Positions 52,153-64,000 of a DNA stretch of 64,000 nt are shown in pieces. The position numbers were made by a program, and so were the translations under genes. Every line of letters begins with the position of its first letter. The stretch's first letter is position 1. Source of the DNA: Haliotis rufescens (taxonomy: Eukaryota); assembly GCF_023055435.1 (NCBI RefSeq), contig NW_025964223.1:24986001-25050000 (forward strand). The letters run 5' to 3'. The notes beneath the pieces are model-generated. The model had not been told where the DNA came from, searched no databases, and saw nothing but the letters and a program-made list of their open reading frames with translations.

Positions 52153-52207
52153 AAACATGGGGGTAAGGACTTCATGAACTTAAAAGTTAAGTTCAGTATG
52201 ACAAATG

Positions 52208-52339
52208 AATGATTACTTTTGACGAGGTTAATATGCAAAAACAAGGACCCTCACAACCAACCACTTTGGTGGTCTGACCTCAGAAGTCGGGTCCTCGGGT
52301 CCTTGTTTTCACCTATTGACCTCGTCAAGGGTAATTATT
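52208..52339. mobile_element. Small inverted-repeat element
   Basis: About 43-bp imperfect arms ttgacgaggttaata...aaaacaaggaccc / gggtccttgtttt...tattgacctcgtcaa. Confidence 0.6.
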
Positions 52340-53119
52340 TGTGTAGTGTTTTCTTCAAAGGGAGCCAGTCAGAAGTTTCATCACTCTGAGAGGGGCATGG
52401 ATGGCCATGTTGTCATGTGCGTGCAACTCTCTGTGCAGAGTTGTCTCTTAGCCATTAGGACTTGCCCGGATTATTGATAAATAAAGTTAATAAAAATTAG
52501 GGTACACACCACGCTTTGGGACAGTAGGCATTCCACATGAAGTGGAAGAATCCATTTCCATAGAGAAGAGAATTGTGGTGGAGAGTCATTCTGTGCATGT
52601 GGAATTCATGATCTGTAGCTATTTCACTTGACACATGCACCGTATCCCACAAGCAAAACTTCCACTACTGCTATAGTTATTGACTACACAGATTACGCAA
52701 ATCTGTAGGTTCATTTGTCAGGACTTGATTATTCTTAGGTTTGTTTTGCAGTGAGAACCTTGTGTGTGTCTTTTCTTCTCATCTTAGGCTGTGATATGAT
52801 TGAATGGCATAAATATCCAGATAAGTTTGTGGGTTTTCCAGCTTCCAAGGTTGTAAATGCCATGGACCATGATGGACCTTTATCACTTTCGGCTTTCCTT
52901 CCACATTAGGCTCACATGTTGTCAGTCTAGTCCTGAGTGTCATTTGAATGGTTGATGTGTTTACCAGCTTTATTATTATTGTCATTATTGTGCCAGCTTT
53001 ATTATTGTTATCATTATCATTGCCATTATGATTATTGAGTGGGCCAACTACTGTGGTTGAATTAATTGTGGTTAAGCACTTCGCTCTGAGTACCGCAGCT
53101 ACCCCCGTCTCAAGAGGCC

Positions 53120-53366
53120 ATCTCACGTACCTGAGACAGTAATCCGTCTCACGTACCTGAGACAGTGATCTGTCTCACGTACTTGAGACAGTAGGCCGTC
53201 TCACATACCCGAGACAGTAGGTTGTCTCACGTACCTGAGACAGTAATCCATCTCATGAACCTGAGACAGTAGGCTGTCCCACGTACCTGAGACAGTAATC
53301 CATCTCATGAACCTGAGACAGTAGGCTGTCCCACGTACCCGAGACAGTAGGCTGTCTCACGTACAT
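53120..53366. repeat. 26-bp tandem repeat, about 9 copies
   Basis: Unit tctcacgtacctgagacagtaatccg. Confidence 0.9.
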
Positions 53367-53547
53367 TTCTCTGCCTGAATATTGTACCAGCTTCATTAAT
53401 GTCCACAAGCACCTGAGTATTATTTCAACCACTTATGATTTGTAGTCTGTTATTTTTCAGGAAACAAATAATCATTCTCTTATTTTCCTGCATGTGTTTG
53501 CCGTCTCCCTCTGTTCCCTATTTCTGATGGAAGACGTATATTTCCAG

Positions 53548-53718
53548 GATGACCTGTCTATACCTCGGATGTCGCCGCTTGAGACGGCAGCAGCAGCGTC
53601 AGCATCCGCACGGCAGAGGTCGATCCTCAACCGTGTGTCCGATGAGCAGAAGAAGTGGAAGGGGACTGTGAAGGAACAGAGGAAACACATATATGACCGG
53701 CATTCCATGCTTAACTGA
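53548..53718 (+). CDS. TMEM9: TMEM9-family exon 5, cytosolic tail (...SILNRVSDEQKKWKGTVKEQRKHIYDRHSMLN*)
   Basis: tttccag| acceptor. LxRV..Q..WK..VxEQRK..(F/Y)DRHxML is the conserved TMEM9 C-terminus. TGA ends at 53718. Confidence 0.93.
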   Translation, partial: DDLSIPRMSPLETAAAASASARQRSILNRVSDEQKKWKGTVKEQRKHIYDRHSMLN

Positions 53719-56700
53719 AGCAGTAGAAGAAGTGGAGATGTGGGTCAGAGTACATAGCTGAATCTCATGCAACAAGTATCAGGTCGCTCACCATCAACCT
53801 GGCTTAAATGTACCTTTGTTCTTTCTAGAAGGAGACAAATTGTTATCTTAGTTATCACTGAGGATAATATGAAGACAAGTTGAGCTATTTTCAGATTTAA
53901 TTTGAGGTGTTGATACACGGATGTAGGTCTAAAATATCTTGTGCATATCATTAAGTTGAGTAAATGTTACAATTCATTCTCACTGCTGAAGATAATATTA
54001 ATGTGGGTCCAGGAATTTTCAGTTTTAAGATCTTTGGGTTGCAGATACCAGTGTGTAGCCTTATAATTCCTTAATTATGTCTGGCAGTTGAACAAATGTT
54101 AATGTTTGTAATCGCTGCGGAGGATAATATTGGGCAGTTTTAGGATTTTTGACAGTTCTAAGATTGTGTGGTTTCCAGAGACTGGATCACAGATAGCTAC
54201 AGGCCTATGGTCTACAAACAGAAGGGGGGAGTCAGGATCTCCTTGCATCTGCCAGAGTTACGGGACTTTGTCATGACTGTGTTTCTATATGAGACTGTGA
54301 TACCTGACATCTTGTAATGAAAATATGATGAATATCATATAAGCTTATGCTGATATCCTAGTCATGGTTTACATAAATTTAAAAACAGATACACTTGTAC
54401 AACTTTTGATTGGGTGCATTACTGTTTTGAAGTTGCACTTAAAATAAATGCTAGACGAATTCAAATCATTCATTCGATATACAATTTGTGTTTGTAAGCC
54501 AAATTTAGTCATAATAAGTGTTAGCTTTAGCATAAACACAACCAAATGATTCAGTATGTGGTTTGTATATGTTAACATGTTTGTTATGCTTCAAAATGGG
54601 ACGGGTGGTGAAATGATATTGGATTACAGCCAGTTTTAGAACCCAACAAGACAGTCAGGGAGGTGACCCAAAGAGTTGCCTGCCCATCTTCAAAATTACC
54701 TGCCTGCATAGTCAGTATATACATAGAAAAATAACAAACAAAAAGAGACAGTTATTTTGGCCACTGATTACAGTTGGGTCTATATGAGAGTTTGTTATAC
54801 GTGACATTAAACATCATGAACAACACACATGAACATATAGACTACGTAAGCTTGTTATCATGTCTTATGTCAATGACATAATGTAAGTGTGTATATGTAT
54901 ATGCTTCGTTTATTACTTATATATTTTATCCCAATCATAAGTGTCAAATGAGTATTACTATCAAAATTACATCTCTGAAATTGAACAAGGCATGACTGTG
55001 ATAGTTATCCCGTTATTGCCCTTTAGACAACTGTATATAACCACAAAGATATTAACTCTCAGGGATAGAAATTAGCAGTAGCCTCCTATCCTGAGCTTGT
55101 TTCCCTAATGTTAAAGGTTTCCTGGTTGAATGTCTAACCTTTAGGGGCATGTTTCTGTAAGTTATCACTTTTCCTAGTGAGTTATTTCCTAGGTTAATCT
55201 GTATCCCTGACCAAAGGATCATTCATTGATAAAACCAATAAGATATTTACTCTGAAACCCAATCACCAGTAGAGGTGGGAAGCACCGGTGTGCGCTGTGA
55301 TATTGTCTGTAGCTAGCAGTTCATGTTGTTCTGCAGATGTTATGCTTGCCAGGAAGACCAGATTTTTTCTTAAATTTGGTTTATGAAACCCACCACTCCA
55401 AAAATTTGAAATGGGGGAAAAAATGAAAAGCAGTGTTTTTTTCATCTACTGACCAGAAAAAAGTAAAATGTTAAAAAAACCAAGCTCACTTACTGTCACT
55501 TCCTACATAAATAAATTGTTTACAACACTATAATTATCTTGATCAAAACCTATTTATTTAACTTACAAATTTGAAAACACAACAAAATCTGACGAATCCC
55601 ATTCCTCCAACCCACACTTATATTTTTCTCAAACCTAACTAACATTTTGAGGGAACAAAGAAAAATATTTGAGATTGCATGCTTTAAAAAAAATATATTT
55701 CACCTGCCGACCTGAATTTTTGGGCCAAAATTGGTAAAGCCCCACCCCCCACCCCAAAAAGTCTGTCTTATTCAGAGTAATAAATTATCTTTTTCAAAGG
55801 AATTTATTTTGTACTTCACGAATCTTGGAATGGGGTTTGTAAAATTTCTTAACAAGGAACAGATAATTACCAGTTATTCTATGAATAACCTTTTGTCTTA
55901 CTTCGTCAGAAACTTCAGTAAAACGTAGGTTTGCCAGTCACTTACAAATAAACTATTGAGCTATTCTACTGATGTCACATACAAATTGTATGTGATGTCA
56001 TTGCAACTGTTATTATGACTGCAGTGCTCTGTTATTTTGTCACATTTCTAACAGCCACTTGCAACAAATGGAACATATTTATTTACATTTTTCTCGTATG
56101 TGCCTAGTCATCTATGAAAGTTCTACACAGTATATTTTGTAGTTATCCAGTGATTCCTGTCTGTAGCAAGAAGCAAGACACTGTGTAGCTACATGAGCTT
56201 TGTCCATCACACAACTAGAGCTCTCTGTCTATGTTAAGACCCAAGCAACTATGCTAGTTTGCTCTGTGCAGTGTGATTCTGTATGTATATTACATAGCAT
56301 TATTAATAGCATACTAATCACTGAACAATGTGACAGCATTAGAAATGAACACTAGCCTAAGACTAGCAACAGTTTGGCAATTACATGATAGTTCAATGCA
56401 AAACATGTACCAGTAACCGTTATCACATAGTGACATATGATGTTTGTTACCCCGGTTGAAGATCTGTTATTTTGTTGACTAGGCTGGAAGCAGTTTTTTA
56501 TGATGTTGAACATAATTGTCATCAATGTATCTTTTCCATAGAGGTGTGACTAGTATCATGTAGATAGTAATATTTGGAGAGGTACTGAACACATTATTTC
56601 ATCTGTTTTGTACATTGATTGTGCTGGTTGTGACATTCCAAAGGGGGGAAAATTAATGTTTTTCTCCTTTCCTTCCCTGTTTAATACCTATTTTTCCATA

Positions 56701-56777
56701 ATGATGGTAATTGTTTGTTTCATAGATTGACAAAATGTAGTGAATATTTTGAATGAAGTGCTTGTTTATGGTGCACA

Positions 56778-57289
56778 TCTTCCCAAGGCAAGAGAGTTAA
56801 CTGACTATAAAAGTCCAGTTCCGCCTTTGGCGAACTAGGCTGGAATTTTGGGGCTCGATCGAGTCATGTCCCTTCTATGTCCCACCTATTGACCATTCAG
56901 ATTCCACCTATCTTATCATACTTGCATTTGCTTCAATGAAAATGGCGGCGCCCAGTCAAGACAACCTAATACATAATCAAGATCTAAATTGTCACGGGTC
57001 TTACCTAGCAAAGTACATAAAAGTAGTTGAGTGCCTTGATTAAAAACTTGAAAAGATTTGAAAAGTATCTGTCAATGCCCAGTTTACACTACACATGCTT
57101 TGCAAATCCTGCAATCAACCAAAATGTGCATGACAGTTTACGAACCGGATGTTGATTTAATTCGTAATTTTGATTGGACTATGCATAGAATCGTTATTTC
57201 AGCCAAAATATAACTCCAAAATTCCAGCCTAGTTCGGGACAGGTGGAAACTGGACTTTATAGTCAGTTAACTCCCTTGCCTTAGGAAGA
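56778..57289. mobile_element. MITE / non-autonomous DNA transposon with about 73-bp TIRs
   Basis: tcttcccaaggcaagagagttaactgactataaaagtccagttcc...gaactaggctggaattttgg is mirrored at about 57217-57289; no ORF. Confidence 0.8.
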
Positions 57290-57825
57290 CAAGGGTGCCT
57301 GATATTTGCAGAAATGTAAATAATGGATTATGTTAACTCCTTCTATTGTAGAACAGGGTTTTCCCTAGCACTTAACATCTAAGAGTTGAGATCCACATAC
57401 AAATTGAACTCATGATTCGAGTTTCGTTTAAACTAGATTTGCTTCAAGGGTTTCATCTTTAATATCTAAGAAATCCCTAATCGGTCATGAAGCCACATAT
57501 TCCTGAGGAACTTTGGTCATGATTTGAATCTGGATTCCTGTATGTGAGATTGTGTTAAATGTGTAGGATTCCTGGTGAGGGAGAACCCTTATAGATGTAT
57601 AAGCCCTAGCTACAGTTCAGTAACTGAAGCTTTTTGTTGTATAGTGTTTGTGTACATACAATGTATCTTGTATCATCTGAATGTCAGACATTTTGTAATA
57701 ATCCAAACATTCATTGAATAATAAATGTCAGTATTAAGATGATAAGAGTTTGTAATCAATGTTTCCCTACATGATGTAGGGAGTGCTTGCTGTATAGGAC
57801 TCCATGCATGGTGCAAGTGAATTTG

Positions 57826-58046
57826 CTGTGAAGAGTTGTGTCCCTTGGGCACTCCAAACACCAATGATTATGGGTTCGAATAACAGTTTGCCCAAGTTCT
57901 GTTTCTAGGTTTGTCAGCTTCATACCCCTGCTCGATGTATACAGCGAAGTAGTGAATGTCTGAGACCTGCATCACTTTGGGCTTTCTTCCCACATCATGC
58001 TGACATGCTGTGTCACTTGAATACTCTTCAAAGTGGTGTTAAACCG
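57826..58046 (+). mobile_element. SINE family B, diverged
   Basis: GGGTTCGAAT, tgtttctaggtttgtcagc and gagacctgcatcactttgggcttt blocks plus a (CACT)n tail. Confidence 0.8.
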
Positions 58047-58864
58047 AATTCACTCACTCACACTCAGTGACCAGGGGTGTGGAAATTGTAAATATTTTCA
58101 CTTGTCCTCTTGCATGTAAACAGATCAACAAGTCTGACAGAACACCTGTCAGAGTTGAAAGCTATTTTGGGATGAGATCCTCTTAAACCAGCTGGTGTGT
58201 TATATCAGCATTCTATTTTGCAAAATACCCAGGACCAAATAATGACCATGCTTTGTTTCAGAAGGGATGTGACCATCTCCATCTATTTTATCATCAAAGC
58301 ACAGAATTTCTCTCACTCATGAGCTTGAAATCGACAAAATTACTTTTGAACTTGAGTTGATCTGCTTAAAAAATAGGTGTCTAGTGCCACATGCATGAGA
58401 GCTACCCAAAGAGGTTTACAATGTATCAAAGGGATGTTATATATGAATTTGTGGCTGGAAAATATTGTTTCCTGAGTTTGAAAAGGAGCAAGAAGTCCTT
58501 ATGCTACCAGGCATCCCAATTATATTTTGTTTTTTACACCAGGTGAGGCGAGTAATTGTGACACCATGAAATAACAGTTCAATTTGATTAGAGAGTTATT
58601 TTAACATTGTGTCATTCAAACCAGACTCCCAAACGAAGATATGGTGGTATGTGTGTGACAGGTATTTATCATATGATAAGATATGATACACTGGAAAGTC
58701 AGGGAGGGATGTGCATATGCTGCGTATGCTGGATGATTGTGGGTCATAACATGACATCATTGATCTTTACTCATGCTATCTACCTAGGGAGTGACTCAGA
58801 CTTAATAATTCAAAGGCAGTAGTCACTACTAGTCAGGTAGCTGTAATACGACATACATTCACTC

Positions 58865-59129
58865 CCCCGTGAAGATCCAGGGAAGAATAAGTCTTCAGCA
58901 ACCCATTCTTGCCGTAAAAGGGACTATGCTTGTCATAAGAGGCAACTAACGGGATCAAGTGGTCAGGCTTGCTGACTTGGTTGATGCATCTCATCGTATC
59001 CCAATTGTGTGGATCGATGCTCATGATATCAATCACTAGATTGTCTGGTCCAGACCCGATTATTTACAGACTGCCGTCATATAGCTGGAATATTGCTGAG
59101 TGCAGCAAACAACAAACAAACAAACCAAA
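58865..59129 (+). mobile_element. SINE-like family A
   Basis: Full-length homolog with (CAAA)n tail. Confidence 0.85.
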
Positions 59130-59416
59130 CCACTTGAAATGCATGAACATAATGAATTCAAGATTCTATGCAAAACAAAAACCTTTTGGATCAATATGGT
59201 ATCTCAAATTACATGAACAAAGCATCAGCTGTCTGTTTTGAAAGTATTTTGGTTTAACATCCAACTTGGCAATATGACTGCAGCCTGTAAATAGTCTAAA
59301 CCAGACAATCCAGCTTTTGATATGTGCAGCGATTCACACCGTCGGGGAATAATATCACACAATCAACCAGGTCGCCAAGCCTGACCAGCTGATCCAATAC
59401 GTCACATCTTACGACC

Positions 59417-59893
59417 TGTTGTTGCAGCTCCTGTAAACCGACCAGCTTGGGACCTATCCTAGCCCGGAATCTCCACGGGGCTTGCATTTGTTGTTACAGC
59501 TTCTGTACACTAACCAGCACACGTTGCTAGTGACCAATCCTAGCCTGGATTACCCACAGGGTTATCTGCTGTTACAGCTTCTGCAAACCGACCAGCACAC
59601 AGTGCTAGTGACCAATCCTAGCCTGGATTACCCACAGGGTTATCTGCTGTTACAGCTTCTGCAAACCGACCAGCACACGTTGCTAGGGACCAATCCTAGC
59701 CCGGACTACCCACAGGGTTATCTGCTGTTACAGCTTCTGTAAACCGACCAGCAAACGTTGCTAGGGACTAATCCTAGCCCAGATTACCCACAGGGTTATC
59801 TGCTGTTACAGCTACTGTAAACCGACCAGCAAACGTTGCTAGGGACTAATCCTAGCCCAGATTACCCACAGGGTTATCTGCTGTTACAGCTCC
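59417..59893. repeat. 78-bp tandem repeat, about 6 copies
   Basis: Recurring ctgttacagcttctg...aatcctagcc.gattacccacagggttat. Confidence 0.92.
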
Positions 59894-60723
59894 TGGACAT
59901 CAACAAGTCAGACCACGTTAAGTTTGGATGCTTTATTCAACATGATGCTTACCATTATGTACATGACTTGATGGCCACAAACAGGTCAGCTTGCTACTAC
60001 CTCATCCTGCTGGAAATACTGGCTCCTCACAACATATTCCACATCTCCTCAAACACCTTCTCAGTAACAACATAGTCATCGGCCACTACACATAGGTCTA
60101 TCAGTCTTGGATTTGTTTGCTAAAATCATGAAATGACAAATTCATCCTGAAATGAATTTTTTTCCTTTACAATGTATTTTTCTGAACAAAAATATTCCTC
60201 AAACCCGACTGCCAGCTAGATCATTTGTGAGATTTCTTATGTTTAAGCTCCCAATTCCCAAACTTTTAAGTGTACACATTCACATTCCTTTGCTTTCACC
60301 ATTGAATGCAGAGACATCAAATTAGTGTGTCTTGTCAGACAGCAGTGGATAGACTATGAAATGTCAACAATTCAGGAATGTAATTAATTGTGGCTTCAGC
60401 ATATGTCAAAGACTGAGCAAATGTAAATAGCATGGTACACTAAGTACATTAAAACAGCTTAAATAAGTAACCTTAGCAAAAATTTCAAATCTGGGTATAA
60501 TTAATGATTCAATTATGTATAATATTGAACAACACTACCAAACGAAACATGGTTGTACTCATTTTCTTAAGGCGAAATCCCTTAAGTCTGAAATTAATGT
60601 ATTATATAACTGTATTACAAACATATTTTCAGCAGAATGATATATAAGTACTGCATACAAAAACACATAAGCACAAAGTTGTTGAATGACCTACTAAAAA
60701 TCTTACTGCATGATTACCATCAT

Positions 60724-60908
60724 CATGACACCATATGGAATGAAGGTCAAGGCCATGACACCATATGGAATGAAGGTCAAGGCCATGACACCATATGTTA
60801 TGAAGGTCAAGGCCATGACACCATATGAAATGAAGACCAAAGCCATGACACCAAATGGAATGAAGGTCAAGGCCATGACACCATATGGTATGAAGGTCAA
60901 GGCTATGA
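60724..60908. repeat. 30-bp tandem repeat, about 6 copies
   Basis: Unit catgacaccatatggaatgaaggtcaaggc. Confidence 0.92.
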
Positions 60909-63566
60909 GTCAAATAGGTAATATGACAATCCAGTGATCCACAATAACTTATTACCAGCCCTGCAGACTGGACAGAGGTTGAGGTTGTAACAAGCCGTAC
61001 ATGTGATGCTTGATGATAGGCCTGTGGTTAGGAATGATAACAACACAGGGACACGAGGCGTGGAGATTAAGCTGATATACCATAGAGCACTAACAAAGAA
61101 CCAACTGTGCTGTAACACATACATCAACAAACAGTAAGCAGCAGCCAATGAAAACAAGGATTTATATACAATACGGTCTCGTGACACCTCATGCATATGC
61201 ATGAGGCAGGGCATGTCTTGTGAGGACTAACACTGTTTGGAATATAAAATGTTTCAATGTTGACTTTTCAACTTTGAGTTCCATATTGAGTTTATAAATG
61301 TGTCATAATCTGATTTTTTCAGCTTTAATTCAAATGTGGCAAATCAACATCTGTTATATATTTTCGGGAGATACCTCTAACATCTGAATACTTCAAAGCA
61401 TAAATCTATCTCAAGACTACATGCCCTACCTTCACAGTGCTGTCAGAAGATGATGTTACAGAATCATATTTGGGGCCTTACAGTATTACTCTTCAGCTCT
61501 GATCAAGCATATTGTATCATCAGCTTCTGATGACGCTGTAACCTGCATATGAGCAGACGGCAGCCTTGTGTATTCTGGCTGTACACTATTGCCTCTATGA
61601 CAGAGAGCCAGGAAGATCACAGATGCAACATTGCGGATATTTATATACATAATACTACCAAGCCAGCACTTGCCAGGGTGTAGTTTTATCACAATTCATC
61701 CTCTCTCTACAACATGAAGCTGTCTTGTTGGGAGAGGGAAAAAGCTAAGAACACTGATGGCACAAAGAGTTTTTCTTCAGTGCAACTGTCAAAATCTTGG
61801 ATATTCAGCTCTTGCAAAATACCTCTTGCCATGCCCTAACATGACGTTCTTTTCATGTTCTTCATCAGAATATCATCAAACTGTGTTTGGCAACACCATA
61901 ATATTTAGCGGTTTATGGGTTCCTTTCAAAACGTTCACTTCTTTACATGAAAAGTAGTTTATTTAACAAGACATCATTTACTAATGTTCATTTTTTTCTG
62001 CAAATTGCAACATGAATCTTGTCTTGATTTTGGGTATTTTTATTAACTTAAACCACAAGAAAGTGTAGCAGAAACATGTTTAGAAAAGACATTTTAAGCT
62101 CTAGCCAAGCAAGACACTTCAGGCAGTGTACTTTTCACTCTGACAAATGGTAAATACCTTGATGTTATTTTACCATTAAACAAGTATAACACAGTATGCA
62201 AAATAAAACATAAAATTCATTTTTCACATTTAAAGTAAGCTTAAAATACAGTTTGTCACAAATGTGTAGTTATTTACCAGTAAAGGATTCTCCCATTACA
62301 AGAATCATTAGTTATCTCCCTTACATCCCATTCAGAGTTATCTCCCTTTGTACAAAAGTTACATTCACATAGATATGTTTTAAGGAATAAATTTAAATAT
62401 ACATGCACGTTTCTCTATCATATTTCTTTTGATTTATTACTAGAATATGCTACATATTCACGATGTAATCTGTTCATGTGTAATATGATGACCGAGTGTA
62501 TGTTTGTAGTAATTGCATGACATGTGACACACGACACATGACATTAACAATGTACATCTGATGGAATGTAACACAGCATGAGTATCATATGATTCCAACA
62601 TGAAGATGACAAACAACCGGCCGAGGCCTGAACAGAGCTATACAAGAAGCTGAATATGATACACCTCTAAATACAAGTGATCCAAATTGAGTAAATACAG
62701 ATCTAGATGGCTCATTCATGTCTTCTAAAGGCCAGACCAAATGGTCCTGTTTTAATTTCTCGTTTAACCAAATTTCTAAGCAAAGGTGCAGGAGATGAAT
62801 ATTTATGCCAGGACTAACTGATCACAATATATACATGTACACACGGAAACACTTTGAAAACAGATGTGTTCTCGTGCCCAATTCCATCTCCAAACACATC
62901 GAATGAGATTCGAACCCATATGACGACATTTTTGTGTTTGATTATCTCATGCCGAAATACCCAGAGCAACTTAATTTGATATTTTGGGGCCATTTTGCCA
63001 AATATTTCAAAACATTGTATATGTGTTTTCAAAGTGTTTCAGTAAACTAAAATTTGACATAATTAATAACCATAAAATATCATAATATATCTTTGTTACA
63101 ATGGTATTCTTTAACAGAAATAAAATAATTTGTTCTGATAACATGGGGCAAAGGTTAGAGCAAGCTCTTCCGAAATATATGGAACCACTTGGACTGGCCT
63201 GAGTTTCTCAACCGAAATCAAGAAGAAACCTGCCAAGCTTCCATGGCGCAGGTAATGATTGGTTAAACAATACAAACTCAATAGTACCAGTACAAACTCA
63301 ATAGTACCAGTTTATACAGTGTGTAACATGAAGTCAATATATAAGGTTAATAGGTCATCTGATTTTGTTCCTGTCAAGATATCAGCGTCTAATATCCAAA
63401 TCAAACATGATCTAAACATTAGACATACATCATGATATTTAAGTGCAAAACCAGGAATCGGTTCATAGCAATACCTTGTCTTTATCAACAATGAATGATT
63501 TAAAATCTCATAGTTGAACATTAGAACTCCATCCATCTTAACATCCATACTGTGAAACATCTGTCT

Positions 63567-63567
<1 letters not shown>

Positions 63568-63603
<36 letters not shown>
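63568..63603. repeat. (TCA)n microsatellite
   Basis: Direct reading. Confidence 0.95.
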
Positions 63604-64000
63604 GTCTTCAAACATCCATAAATCATCCAATATTATCAAATAGATACAACCTATTACTCGGACAAATCGATTGCCATCTAAACTGTCCAAATAAGGCTAT
63701 GATAAAAAAAAATATGAAACTTTTTATGCCTGTTAGGCTCATTTGAGAAGCCCCTGTCAAACCTTTCAGCCATAAAGGCCTTTCATTGCAGCCATACCAT
63801 GTAACCATGGTAACTGGCAAAATGGCTCATCCTGGAAAGACACTTTCAAATAAACAAGGTAACTTAAAAAAAAAAAGTTTATCAATTTTAAAAAATTTTT
63901 TATTGAAACTCTAGAAAAAACCACATTGAAGCCTAAAGGGTTTCAAGAATACTAAAACATGAACATAGAATAAGCCATTAATATTAACCAGGACAGTTAG

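Noticed and set aside
59930-64000. Possible 3' end of a minus-strand gene; short ORFs including the poly-Asp ORF
   Set aside because: No convincing exon or homology; poly-Asp/Ile comes from the (TCA)n microsatellite.

Overview
AT-rich animal genomic DNA with spliceosomal introns, tRNA-derived SINEs, Tc1 and Penelope-like remnants and many minisatellites. The repeat landscape suggests a mollusc, possibly an abalone-like gastropod (inference, not verified). Two kinds of protein-coding gene can be built by hand. (1) A complete 5-exon TMEM9-family gene on + (43413-53718, about 191 aa). (2) A tandem triplet of an unrecognised Ser-rich gene (A 10986-13228, B 20423-22192, C 29516-31254). Each triplet copy has a twin-CRE + DR1 promoter, a putative non-coding first exon and 4 coding exons, and its stop codon runs directly into a 30-bp minisatellite followed by a 42-bp satellite. 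Copy B is a C-5'/A-3' chimera, as expected from unequal crossing-over inside the 42-bp satellite. The window also holds several small fold-back Penelope-like insertions with minimal hammerhead-ribozyme motifs, one apparently intact (41978-42017, minus strand). Nearly all long ORFs in the supplied track are stop-free reading frames of tandem repeats.
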